From contig OX597839.1 of the NCBI GenBank assembly GCA_951406725.2, positions 28,148,001 to 28,212,000 on the forward strand: DNA of 64,000 bases. The letters run 5' to 3'. A program made the position numbers and the translations under genes. The notes beneath the pieces were generated by a model, which saw only the letters and a list, made by a program, of their open reading frames with translations, searched no databases and was not told the DNA's origin. This DNA comes from Octopus vulgaris (Eukaryota). Position 1 is the first letter of the stretch. Each line of letters opens with the position of its first letter. Shown piece after piece: positions 14,476 through 26,013 of this stretch.

Positions 14476-15408
14476 ACAATTATTGCCCAAGCAATACAAA
14501 GTTGTTTATGAGAAAAGCAATGGTTTTGCAGTTGTAGCCCGGCAGGAAATAAAGTTTGTCTTGTGATTTGTTTATGGACAAAGCAAAGTTAAGTTTTACT
14601 GGAAAGGTTTTGCTGAGTTTGAATAGTATGTTGGTGAAAAAGCCAGACTTGTCTTCAATCCGGTTTTCGGGCCCGTAAAAATATTTATATGTATATTCCA
14701 CTGATAGTTATTAATGTTTAGAAGCGAGGTTACAGCGCCCTGAGTAACAGGGAGCAACGAATGAGGCGAGAAAGAAAGGATTAATGTAAAAGGAAAAAAA
14801 AGAAAATGGGGAAGGGAGAAAATGATAAAAACGGAAAGGCAGGGTTACAGCGCCCTCTGTAATAGGAGCAATGAAAGAGGCGAGAAAAAGAAAAAGGATG
14901 GATGCAACATAAATGAATAAATAAAATAAAATGGGAGAAGCGAGAAAATGATGAAAGAGGAAAGATAGAAATTTGAAGATGGCAAATGAAAGCGGAAATT
15001 CGAATATAAATATAGAAATGCAGGTGTTGGCACAGCAATGCACCAGATCTAGCGTTCGATCCTCAGAGAAGGAGAGGAGGGGGGGATGAAGATAAACTTT
15101 TTGTCTTCAATTCGGTTTTCGAACTTATCCTTAGTTAATGCTGTGAATGTTAGGTAATGAGCGAAAGAGTAGGATCGCGAATACAAGCGGCCGAAATGGG
15201 GCTCCCCTGAAGGGTCCCTGGAGTAATGTTACTTGACAGGGAGTAAAATTACTTGTGCAGTCCGGAGATCAGGGAGTCTCTCCGAGTCGGACCGTTACTT
15301 CTCCGCATTGAGAAGTCATAGATCTCGTGCCTAGGACATGTATTATGTTGTAGTGAAATGGTACACCCTTTCCCACGCGGAAAAGTGGTATGACTCAGAG
15401 TGGTATGA

Positions 15409-15637
15409 CGGCGAGCTGGCAGAAACGTTAGCACGCCGGGCGAAATGCGTAGCCGTATTTCGTCTGCCGTTACGTTCTGAGTTCAAATTCCGCCGAGGTC
15501 GACTTTGCCTTTCATCCTTTCGGGGTCGATAAATTAAGTACCTGTTACGCACTGGGGTTGATATAATCGACTTAATACTTATGTCTGTCCTTGTTTGTCC
15601 CCTCTGTGTTTAGCCCCTTGTGGGTAATAAAGAAATA
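15409..15637 (+). mobile_element. SINE family B
   Basis: ggcgagctggcagaaacgttagc...gagttcaaattcc (B-box-like)...aaagaaata. Confidence 0.85.
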
Positions 15638-15929
15638 GGTATGACTCAGCCACTATAAAGTCAAACAGATCAGTCAGTAGTAGTAGTAGTAGTAGTAGTA
15701 GAGTCGTTGTACGAGTTTCTCAGTTGGAATCAGTGTCAGTTACGTGATATATACGAGTTCGAGTAACCGTCAAGGTAGAAGCTTTCAAAGTCAGTGTCTT
15801 GCGGAGCTATCGGCGATAGACGAGCCAAAGATAATAAGAGGCGGAACACCGCCACAACATAATAGTGATAAACAAGAGTATTACAGTGCCGACAATAACA
15901 TACAAGTGGATGAGGATCCACATTATAAC

Positions 15930-16320
15930 CAGGGGTGTGGAGTCGGAGTAGGAAACAATTAGCTGGAATCGGTAAAACTATATTAACTCTGACTCACAAT
16001 ATCTTTATTCTTTAATATAAACCAGTTAGAAGATATAGGCGTATTCAAAGTACAAGCATATGCTTATGTTTTATGAGATATGTAGACCACGCGCCAAAAG
16101 TAGAGGAGTCGGAGGTGCCGATAGTAGAGGAGTCGGAGGTGCCAAAAGTAGAGGAGTCGGAGGTGCCAATAGTAGAGGAGTCGGAGGTGCCAAAAGTAGA
16201 GGAGTCGGAGTAGGAGGTGCCAACAGTAGAGGAGTCGGAGTCGCCGATGGTACAGCAGTCGGAGTCACCTATAGTGCAGGAGTCGAAGTCGAAGTTTTTT
16301 GCTTTGACTCCACAGCCCTG
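15930..16320. mobile_element. hAT-type MITE with an internal 24-bp tandem repeat
   Basis: TIRs caggggtgtggagtc / gactccacagccctg; exact 8-bp target duplication attataac (15922-15929 and 16321-16328). Confidence 0.9.
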
Positions 16321-16656
16321 ATTATAACAGATTAGCATGTCACAGGAAAGACTCTCAAAACTGATTATTCAAGCCGAACCTACCGGTAAGAGTCCTAGTG
16401 GTTGACCAAGAACGAAATGATTGGATAATATCCATAGTCTCACTTGGTCACGCTTGGAAATTCAGCCGGAAAGTGTACTGATGGTTGCTTCTGATAGGAC
16501 CCTATGGAGCAAGAGACTGAGGGTTCTATCCCCACAACCTTCCCAGCAATAATGGCTGGAAGAAATGACTCGCTGGATTCATTTCATTAAGCAACAGTCT
16601 ACAACCATTTTACATTATGATCAAGATTCTATAGAAATGTGAAAGTGGTCTCTAGG

Positions 16657-16876
16657 ACGCCGAGCTGGCAGAACCGTTAGCATGCCGGACAAAATGATTA
16701 GCGGCATTTCGGCCGTCTTTGTTCTGAGTTCAAATTCCACCAAGGTCGACGACTTTGCCTTTGATACTTACGGGATCGATAAAACAAGTACTAGTTGAGT
16801 ACTGGAATCAATGTAATCGACCTACCTCCACCCCCCATCCCGAAATTGCTGGCCTTGTGCGAAAATTTAAAACCAA
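16657..16876 (+). mobile_element. SINE family B, diverged
   Basis: gagctggcagaaccgttagc...ggccttgtgc. Confidence 0.75.
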
Positions 16877-16935
16877 TGTAGTAATGGTAAATTACTATTT
16901 TTAAATCTCACAACGAGAGATATTCAGCAACAATA

Positions 16936-17184
16936 CTTTGGAATAAAGATTGTTTACCAACATAACATGGCAGTCCTGGTTTAGGACGAATGTTGCTGTA
17001 ATTTAGCTCCAGGAGACATCATCTCCAGCTGGTTATACGACACGATCTGTGTCCTAGATTCCCTTGTTCGAAAATATAAGGACACAGATTGTGTTGTATA
17101 GCCAACTGGAGACGATGTCTCCAGAAACATTCGTCCTAAACCAGGACTGCCATGTTATGTTGGCAAACAATCTTTACTCCAATA
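16936..17184. mobile_element. Fold-back MITE, almost wholly palindromic
   Basis: ttggaataaagattgtttaccaacataacatggcagtcctggtttaggacgaatgtt is mirrored at the right end; inner arms ggagacatcatctccag...tctgtgtcct are also mirrored. Confidence 0.85.
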
Positions 17185-17374
17185 TAATAGTGGTCTCTAC
17201 TTTTACTAGAAGCCAGTGTGGTTGGGGCCCAAGAAGTCCCAAAGAATTTTAACTTGCTTCTATAAGATAGCGACAGGTTTTTAAGGATATAAATCTGAAT
17301 CTATAGATTTATAAAATTGTGAATCTTCTCAAATGTAACCCCGTCGACGTTTTTCTCAGAAATGCATTTTGATA

Positions 17375-17668
17375 GCAGCACTTGGAGATTTGTGGAAAGC
17401 CCAGGAAATATTTGGGGCAGCACTTGGAGATTTGTCGAAAGCCCAGGAAATATTTGGGGCAGCACTTGGAGATTTGTCGAAAGCCCAGGAAATATTTGGG
17501 GCAGCACTTGGAGATTTGTCGAAAGCCCAGGAAATATTTGGGGCAGCACTTGGAGATTTGTCGAAAGCCCAGGAAATATTTGGGGCAGCACTTGGAGATT
17601 TGTCGAAAGCCCAGGAAATATTTGGGGCAGCACTTGGAGATTTGTCGAAAGCCCAGGAAATATTTGGG
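17375..17668. repeat. 42-bp minisatellite, 7 copies
   Basis: Unit gcagcacttggagatttgtcgaaagcccaggaaatatttggg; only one substitution seen (first unit). Confidence 0.97.
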
Positions 17669-17734
17669 GAAACCATTGTTAATAGACAAATGAAACTAAC
17701 GGACGGACAAATTAAAGACGAATCTAAAGAAAGA

Positions 17735-18090
17735 CATGGTTGGGTGGTTAACAAGCTTACTTTGTAACCCCCTGGTTGCTTAGCGGCATTTCGTGCCATG
17801 GCGCGGCACCTTGGGAAAGTGTCTTTTATTATGGACCAACCCCGGCTTGTGAGTGTATTTGGTAGATGGAAACTGTGTTGAAGCGCGCCCATAGCATCTG
17901 TGTGTGTGCGTGTGTGTGTGTTTGCCCCCGCTCCCACACCACCGTTCGACAACTGGTATTGGTTTATGTCCCCGTAACTGAACGGTTCGGCAAAAGAAAC
18001 CGATAGTCTTAAGATCGATTTGTGCGACTAAACTCTCGAAGACTGTGCCCCAGTATGGCCGCAGTCCAATGACTGAAACGAGTGAAAAAT
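17735..18090 (+). mobile_element. SINE family A, diverged
   Basis: ggcaccttggg..gtgtctt..ttggtagatggaaactg..cggttcggcaaaag..tggccgcagtc. Confidence 0.65.
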
Positions 18091-18513
18091 AAACGATTAA
18101 AGGTTGTCGTCTGCGCAGAATCAGTTTGGCAGGAAAGAGAATGATATAGAAGACAAAGAGAGGAAGGCTGAGAGAGAGAGAGAAAGAGAGTGGAATCTCT
18201 TCTTTGTCTCACCCCTCCGTCCTCACGCTACCCCCTGTTTCTCCACATCCTGTCTAGATTTGACTCCCCCTCCTAACCCCTCCCTCTTTCTACTTCCTTC
18301 ACACTCGCAGATCAACGACCAATTCCACTTTTGTAAATAACAAGATAACCTGTAGAACACTTGTACATAATTTCCCTGTTAAGATTGTGTAGTTTTTATC
18401 GTGACTCAAAAATAATCTTGTTTAAAACCCATTAAGACAACATAACTGGATTTTGATAACCAACCGATGGCCATGTCAAACGAGTTAGATCTTATTCCAC
18501 TCCATCGTGTAAG

Positions 18514-18563
<50 letters not shown>

Positions 18564-18605
18564 GTGCATTCACCCACATACGAGTTAGTATTGGAAGGTT
18601 CCTAA

Positions 18606-19083
18606 GGCTGCGAGCTGGCAGAAACGTTAGCACGCCGGGCGAAATGCGTAGCCGTATTTCGTCTGCCGTTACGTTCTGAGTTCAAATTCCGCCGAGGTCG
18701 ACTTTGCCTTTCATCCTTTCGGGGCCGATAAATTAAGTACCAGTTACGTACTGGGGTCGATATAATCGACTTAATCCGTTTGTCTGTCCTTGTTTGTCCT
18801 CTCTGTGTTTAGCCCCTTGTGGGTAGTAAAGAAATAGGTATTTCGTTTGTCTTTACGTTCTGAGTTCAAATTCCGCTGAGGTCGACTTTGCCTTTCATCC
18901 TTTAGGGGGGTCGATAAATTAAGTACCAGTTGCGTACTGGGGTCGATCTAATCGACTGGTCCCTCCCCCAAATTTCAGGCTTTGTGCCCAGAGTAGAAAA
19001 GAATATTGGAAACACTGGGGTCGATGTAATCGACTTACCCCCTCCCCTGAAATTGCTGGCCTTGTGCCAAAATTTGAAATCAA
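18606..19083 (+). mobile_element. SINE family B, internally duplicated form plus an extra tail
   Basis: Head, two body modules and tail. Confidence 0.85.
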
Positions 19084-19226
19084 TATTAAATTCAATACTT
19101 AAGTATATTTTAACGCCGCTCAGAGAAGCATTCGGACAAAAACCACCACTCACATCGGTGTGTGTGTGTGTATGAACGTGTGTGCGTGTATATGTGTTTC
19201 TAAGTGTATGCGTGTGTGTGTATGTA

Positions 19227-19396
19227 CAGGGCCGGCCCTAGGGTTGCTGGCACCCCAGGCAAGCTGAACTTCGGCGTGTACAAGCTGACGGACGTGTAGA
19301 TTTCCTTGTCTTTCTCACGCCCTACTTGGCGCCCCTTAGCACATGGTGCCCCGGGCGACTGCCCCAGTTGCCGGTACCTTGAGCCGGCCGGCCCTG
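19227..19396. mobile_element. hAT-like MITE
   Basis: TIRs cagggccggcc / ggccggccctg; no clear target duplication (sits in a microsatellite). Confidence 0.65.
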
Positions 19397-19426
19397 TTTG
19401 TATGTGTCTGTTTGTATGTGTCTATG

Positions 19427-19472
<46 letters not shown>

Positions 19473-20287
19473 GATTCAATGATCGACAGATATTCAGGTT
19501 TGAGTATCAATCTCGTCATTCTCATTAGTCAAAGAACATAAATCTTTAATCTTCCATGGAACAACTCTATCAGAACTGTAATGACAATCAGAAAACTGCT
19601 TTAACCACCGGCCTCGTGCCATGAGACAGCCGAGGTTGATCAAGGTTCCGTAAAAAAGTATGATGGTGGTTCGTATTCTTAACAGGAATCAATGCAACCC
19701 CTGTAGATCGCGGGGCGCTGCACCCTACAATTTTTTTTTAAACTAAGCAAACAAATTTTTAAACATAAAACGAAGAACAAGAAAAAAAGAAACTCATATG
19801 GTAAACTTATTCCGTTTGCTAATCGGCCCCACCCCCACCCTCTTCTATCAACACCCTTACATACACACCCACCCGACCCACCCTCACCCACCACCCGGCT
19901 ATCAAACTAAACAGAATCGTGTTTTAAACCGATTTTCGAGATAATTAAACAACTAAAATATATTTCCCTCTCTACAACCCCGCCCCACCCAACACACCCC
20001 CTACCCGTTCTCTTCTCTCTTTACACATTCCTCTCTCTCTACGCTTCTCTCTTTCTCTCTTTACGCCTTCTCTCGTTTCTCTTTCTCCACACCCTTTCTT
20101 GAATCTTTCTCCCTCTCCCTCTCTCTAGTTCTCTCTATTCTCTCTCTCCCCCTCTCTCTGTTATTATAGTCTTTCTTCCAAGAACCCGACATTCTCCAAA
20201 AACCCTCACTCACAATTATTCAAACATTTTAATTTACTCCCTATCCTCCCCATCTTATCTCCTCCCCTGTCGCGCGCTCTCTCTCTC

Positions 20288-20292
<5 letters not shown>

Positions 20293-20366
<74 letters not shown>

Positions 20367-20467
20367 ACACACAAACAAACACACACACACACACACAAAC
20401 GCACACACAAACGCACACACAAACACACACACACACAAACGCACACACAAACACACACACACACAAA

Positions 20468-20523
<56 letters not shown>

Positions 20524-20998
20524 AACACACACATACACACACACATACACACACACACATATATATATACACACACACACATCTCTCTTTCTCATTTCTT
20601 TTTTTCGTCTTATCCCCCCACCCCGCCACTCAACTTATTTTACAAGATCATAAAACAGCTGTAATTGCAAGATAAATTTCTGGAGGCGGCGGCGGCTGTG
20701 GCGATGGTGGAGGCGGCGGTAGTGGTGGTGGCGGTGATGGTGGTGGTGGTGGTGGTGGTGGTGGTGGTGGTGGTGGTGGTGGTGGTGGTACTTTTGCTTT
20801 TGGTTGTGACAGACTCTGGTTCCACTTGGTGGCAATCTTGCCAATATTAACCTCTGATTCTAATAATGGTAGGTCTTTGGTTCTGTTGGGAGTCGGGAAT
20901 TATAGCCTCTACTTCAGCTGGGGGTACCCTCAAGTTCTCACGGGGGTAACCTTTACTCATATTGGCGCACAAAAAATTAAACAGACTACATACACACA

Positions 20999-21032
<34 letters not shown>

Positions 21033-21605
21033 CATAAATATTTATATAGACACATAAAAGCATGTACATTTATACATATGCATACACAGACATACATACA
21101 CTCACACGTAAATATATACGTAAATACACATATCTACATATAGGCAGACATACATACACATACAAACATATACCTACATACATACATACACAGATACATA
21201 CATATACATACATAGCAACGCGCACATGCATACATGCATGGCAACGCACACATACATACATACATACATACACAGATACAAACACATAGATACATACATA
21301 CATATATACACACACATACATACATAGCAACGCACACATACATACTTACATTCATACACATACGCACATACATTCATACCGACGTACACACACACACTCA
21401 CATGCATTATGGCGAGCATGTTCCGTCGTGTATCGATGTCCTGTGATTGCAGTTGGGAAAATGCTAAGAACTGAACAGAGAATGGAGCGGACAAAGTGTT
21501 TAGTTAAAAGAAACACACACACACACACGCATACACACACGCATACACACACACACGCATACACACACACACACGCAGACACACACACGCATACACACAC
21601 ACACG

Positions 21606-21642
<37 letters not shown>

Positions 21643-21707
21643 ACACACACGCACACATACGTACACACACACGCACGCATACACACATACACGCACACAT
21701 ACACACA
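20293..21707. repeat. Cluster of (CA)n, (GGT)n and (CATA)n simple repeats
   Basis: Direct inspection. Confidence 0.9.
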
Positions 21708-22191
21708 CGGTAGATGCGTAGAGCGTGTTAGGAGCTTCCCCTCACTCCCTCCCGCATTTATACACACTCTCTCTCTCTCTCTCTCCCTCTTCGTGGGTGT
21801 CCAATGCATGTTGTGTTGGATGATGAAAGACTGGTGAGGCCGGCCAGAGTCGCCATCATCGAGGATTCTCTCAGAGATGAGCAACATGCTTCGGATGTTT
21901 TCGTTGGTGGAAGTGGCGGAGGTGGCGGAGGTGGTAGTGATGGGGGTGGTAGTGGTAGTGATGGTAGTGGTAATGGTGGTGGTGGTGGTGGTGGTGGTAA
22001 GTGGTGATGGTGATGATGTGGTAGTTTGTGTACCAAAATCAAAAAAAAAATTTACTATTATTGGGTCAAGAAAGGAAAAAAAAATATTCGGTGCCCGTCA
22101 CCTGAGATGCCATCCGGCGCTCGCCACCCTCTCTACCAGCCGGGTAATGTGGTCGGTGGAAGTTCTACGTTAGCAATATATAGAGACCTAA

Positions 22192-22619
22192 AGAGCTGGC
22201 AGAAACGTTAGCACGCCGGGCGAAATTCTTAGCGGCATTTCGTCTGCTATTACGCTCTGAGTTCAAATTCCGCCGAGGTCGATTTTGCCTTTCATCCTTT
22301 CAGGGTCGATAAATTAAGTACCAGTTACGCACTGGGGTCGATGTAATCGACTTAATCCCTTTGTCTGTCCTTATTTGTCCCTTCTGTGTTTAGCCCCTTG
22401 TGGGTAGTAAAGAAATAAGAAACGTTAACAAGCCGGACGAAATGTTTAGCGGTATTTCGTCTGTCTTTATGTTCTGAGTTCAAATCTCACAGATGTCAAC
22501 TTTGCCTTTCATCCTTTCGGGGCCGATAAATTAAATACCATTTGCGCACTGGGGTCTATCTAATTGACTGGGCCCCTTCCCCCAAAAGTTCGGGCTTTGT
22601 GCCTAGAGTAGAAAAGAAT
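22192..22619 (+). mobile_element. SINE family B, internally duplicated form
   Basis: Colinear with 18606-19003. Confidence 0.85.
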
Positions 22620-22940
22620 ATATAGAGACCTACGCAGAGGTAAGAGCGATGAAGTTCTCGGGGAAACTCTAGGGGTCGACAAGCATGAAGTAGCTGGTCC
22701 GGTTTGGGGAGCTACATGGCCGGCGTCTACCATCGATAACTTCCAGAAATCCTTAACCTGTTCGAGATAAATCGTGCAGATACAGAAGTGCCGCCAGGCA
22801 GCACTGCCCTAGACGCACTGAGGGCGACGAAACAGTTCTGCATACACCTTCGTTTATAAACACAAACGTTTACCATTCTGTCTGTCTGTCTCTCCATTTC
22901 TCTCTCTCTCTCTCCCTCCTCATTTGTGTGTGTGTGCATT

Positions 22941-23260
22941 AACGCATGGTTTAGTGGTTAGCGTATTCGACTCACGATCGTAATATCATGAGTTCGATTC
23001 TCGGCGGCGCATTGTGTCCTTGAGCTAGACACTTTATTCCACATTGCTCCTGTGAACTGAGCAGGCAAAAATGAGTTGCACCCGTAATTCAAAGAGCCAA
23101 CCTTGTCACGTTCTGGGTCATACTGAATCACCTTGAGAACTATATTAAAGGTATGCGTGTCTGTGGAGTACTCAGCCACTTGCATGTTAATTTCATGAGC
23201 AAGCCGTTCCATTGAACGAATCAACTGGAACATTCATCGTCGAAACCGACGGAATGCCAA
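22941..23260 (+). mobile_element. tRNA-derived SINE family C
   Basis: tggtttagtggtta (A-box-like), gagttcgattc (B-box-like); tail gtgtctgtggagtactcagccacttgc...gacggaatgc is shared with copies at 32637, 34609 and 41107. Confidence 0.8.
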
Positions 23261-23310
23261 TTTTTAATAAATGAATGGAAAAGAAAACATTAGCCGCCAT
23301 TAGTTGGAGC

Positions 23311-23344
<34 letters not shown>

Positions 23345-23364
23345 TGATGATGATGATGATGATA

Positions 23365-23988
23365 GCCCTAATGCAGTACCAGGAGCTGACTCGTATGGCT
23401 TCTGATCTTAACTGATTGGAAGTCTTATCAATGCCCTGATGCAGTACCAGGCAGTGGCTTTCGTGGCTTCTCATCTTAACTGATTGGAGGTGTTATCATG
23501 TACATTGTTTTGTCTTGGTATAAAAGATGGGCTACAGCAAATATTCTGCTCCATACCACAGATTTGCTTGTCAGTTGTTTGACCTCAACCAGTTGAGCAT
23601 GTCCCTCAGTGGCTGACGATATGTGCATCTCTGATCACGAGCAGAAGTAATGGGGGAGCATCATAGCCATGTGTTGAAAGGGATTCTTTTGGGTTTGAAT
23701 AATTCACCTTTGGAAACATGGGTGTTTCGTTCAACAGCCTTAAACAACCCTTATTCAGAGACCGTTTGAGCGAGATGGGCTACTCAACCTGAAGAAAATT
23801 CTAACTGGGCCCCCACCTGCAATGTCATGCACTGTCTATCTTAATATGAGATCACCATGTCGCGCACATATTGTTGTGATGCATGTGCCTGGTGTACCCT
23901 TACCAGACGGGTAGCCATGATGGATATACTGGACTTCGTATATTTTACCCCAGTGTCACTTTGATGGCATGCACTGCTCTCTCACTCA
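23365..23988 (+). mobile_element. Dispersed repeat family D (~620 bp) within (AAT/GAT)n tracts
   Basis: Second copy on the minus strand at 34872-35818; ~70-bp tandem duplication at the 5' end. Confidence 0.75.
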
Positions 23989-24381
23989 ATAACAACAACA
24001 ACAACAACAATAATAATAATGATGATGATAATAATAATAATAATAATGATGATGATGATGATAAAAGTGCATTAGAAGTATATTGTGCCCTAATAACACG
24101 TTATTGCAACTGCTCTGGTGAAGTGGAATTATGATGTAAGAAAGAGGCGAGGCGGATTCTTTGGTGAAGGAATCAGAACTCGTCCGGTCAATGCCTTTAG
24201 CTTAATGAATGTTATTTTCGATACATTGTATCCAGCAATTGTGGGTTTACCATTCCAAAGAGAACCATTAACAGCAAATTCCACAAACACACACAGATAT
24301 ATATAAACACACACACACAAGGCAACATTTGCCTGTCTGTCTGTTGGTCTCTCTCTCTCTCTCTCTTGTAACAGAAGAGGT

Positions 24382-24434
<53 letters not shown>

Positions 24435-24749
24435 GGTGGCGGTGGTTAGAGGAGGAAGTAATGACAAGACGACGGCGACAATAATGGAGTGGAAATGGAG
24501 TTGGAGCGGCGGCGTCGGCGGTGGTGGGCGTCAGTTGGTTATGTCACTGAATTCTTCCTGTTGAGGCAAAAGAGATGCAGAATTGATAACCCCCAACTAA
24601 CAACAGAGAACAGCTTTGTTTTTGGTGGTGGTGGCGGAGGTAGTGGTGGTGGTGGTGGTGGTGTTGTTGTTGTGGTTGTAATAATTATTGCCATAGTAGT
24701 TGTTGTTATTGTAATTGCATCTGATTTGTAGTAATTATTTCTAGTCGTT

Positions 24750-25034
24750 GTTATAGTGGTGGTGGTAGTGGTGGTGGTGGTAATTGTAGTAGTAGTAGTG
24801 GTGGAGGTGGTAGTAGTAATGGTGGTGGTGGTGGTAGTAGTGGTGGTGGTGGTATTAGTAGTAGTAGTAGTGGTGGTGGTGGTAGTTGTGGTGGTGGTGG
24901 TGGTGGTGGTAGTGGTGGTGGTGGTGGTGGTAGTAGTAGTGGTGGTGGTAGTAGTGGTGGTGGTGGTGGTGGTATTAGTAGTAGTAGTAGTGGTGGTAGT
25001 GGTAGTTGTGGTGGTGGTAGTAGTGGCGGTGGTG

Positions 25035-25066
<32 letters not shown>

Positions 25067-25345
25067 GGTGGTGGAGGTAGTGGCAGTGGTAGTTGTAGTA
25101 GTAGTAGTGGTGGTGGTGGTGGTGGTGGTGGCGGTGGTAGTTGTAGTAGTAGTAATGGTGGTGGTGGTGGTAGTAGTAGTGGTGGTGGTAGTAGTGGTGG
25201 TGGTGGTGGTGGTATTAGTAGTAGTAGTAGTAGTGGTGGTAGTGGTAGTTGTGGTGGTGGTGGTGGTAGTGGTGGTGGTGGTGGTAGTGGCGGTGGTAGT
25301 TGTAGTAGTAGTAGTGGTGGAGGTGGTGGTAGTAGAAGTAGTTAT
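24750..25345. repeat. (GGT/AGT)n trinucleotide array
   Basis: Direct inspection; source of the poly-Val ORF. Confidence 0.95.
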
Positions 25346-25419
25346 TGCAGTTTTTTTTTGTTCAGTTTTGTTTTTTTGTTTGTTTTTAATGGAAGTTAAA
25401 ACACCAGGATGCTAAATAT

Positions 25420-25650
25420 TCTTGGCTACTCTAGGCACAAGACCTGAAATTGGGAGGTGGAGAGGCAATCAATTATATCGACCCTAGTACGCAACTGGTA
25501 CTTAATTGATATCGACCTCGAAAGGATGAAAGACAAAGTCGACCTCGGCGGAATTTGAACTCAGAACACAACACATCACCTGGTCTACGAATCGAAACCA
25601 CAATCCTACGATCATGAGCCCAATACCCCTAACCACTAAGCCACGCACCT
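25420..25650 (-). mobile_element. Chimeric SINE: family C head joined to family B body and tail
   Basis: Junction at ~25568, ...gtgttgtgTTCTGAGttcaaattccgccg. Confidence 0.7.
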
Positions 25651-25811
25651 CCACTTGATTTCTGCTACAACATAATCTGACTAAGTTGGGGTTTGTCTCT
25701 TCTAACAAAGAAAATATCAATCTAAGAAATAGCTCACACCTAGAATGTGACTTCACCCTTTAAACCTGCGAGTATGTTTTTAGCGGCTCCGATTTCGTTC
25801 GACTGAACCCT

Positions 25812-25994
25812 CGGAAGACGCAAAAGACGAAGACAGGTGGTGTAGACAACAAACAGATGTATTAGTTTAACGCTCGGGAAGTGAAAAAGTCTTTCACGTT
25901 TCGAGCCTACGCTCTTCCACAGAAAGGAACACAGAAAGAAACAAGGAGAGAAAATAAAGAACGTGTAGTAGCTAGCGATCTATCATGGCGAATG
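25812..25994 (-). mobile_element. Short element with a degenerate minimal hammerhead (25891-25926)
   Basis: cuuu-CUGUGGA-A-GAGC-guag-GCUC-GAAAC-GUG-aaag; its 3' end recurs before (TA)n at ~46021-46080 and ~8264-8319. Confidence 0.6.
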
Positions 25995-26013
25995 ATATAT
26001 ATATATATATATA

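Larger units (their letters stand above)
15346..16329 (+). mobile_element. Solo LTR (BEL/Pao- or Gypsy-type) containing a SINE and a MITE
   Basis: TGTTGTAGT...ATTATAACA termini, 5-bp flanks tatta/gatta, TATAAA at ~15654; splits the GHVIRM-equivalent RTE codons. Confidence 0.65.
14650..16560 (+). mobile_element. Composite non-autonomous element: purine-rich head fused to an RTE-clade (Rex3/Expander-like) 3' ORF remnant, interrupted by a solo LTR
   Basis: 15144-15345 reads EC*VMSERVGSRIQAAEMG...LLLRIEKS...GHV and resumes after 16330 (...LTWSRLEIQPESVLMVASDRTLW); a second copy lies at 59470-60620 on the minus strand. Confidence 0.75.

Noticed and set aside
24756-25415. 219-aa poly-Val ORF
   Set aside because: (GGT/AGT)n microsatellite.
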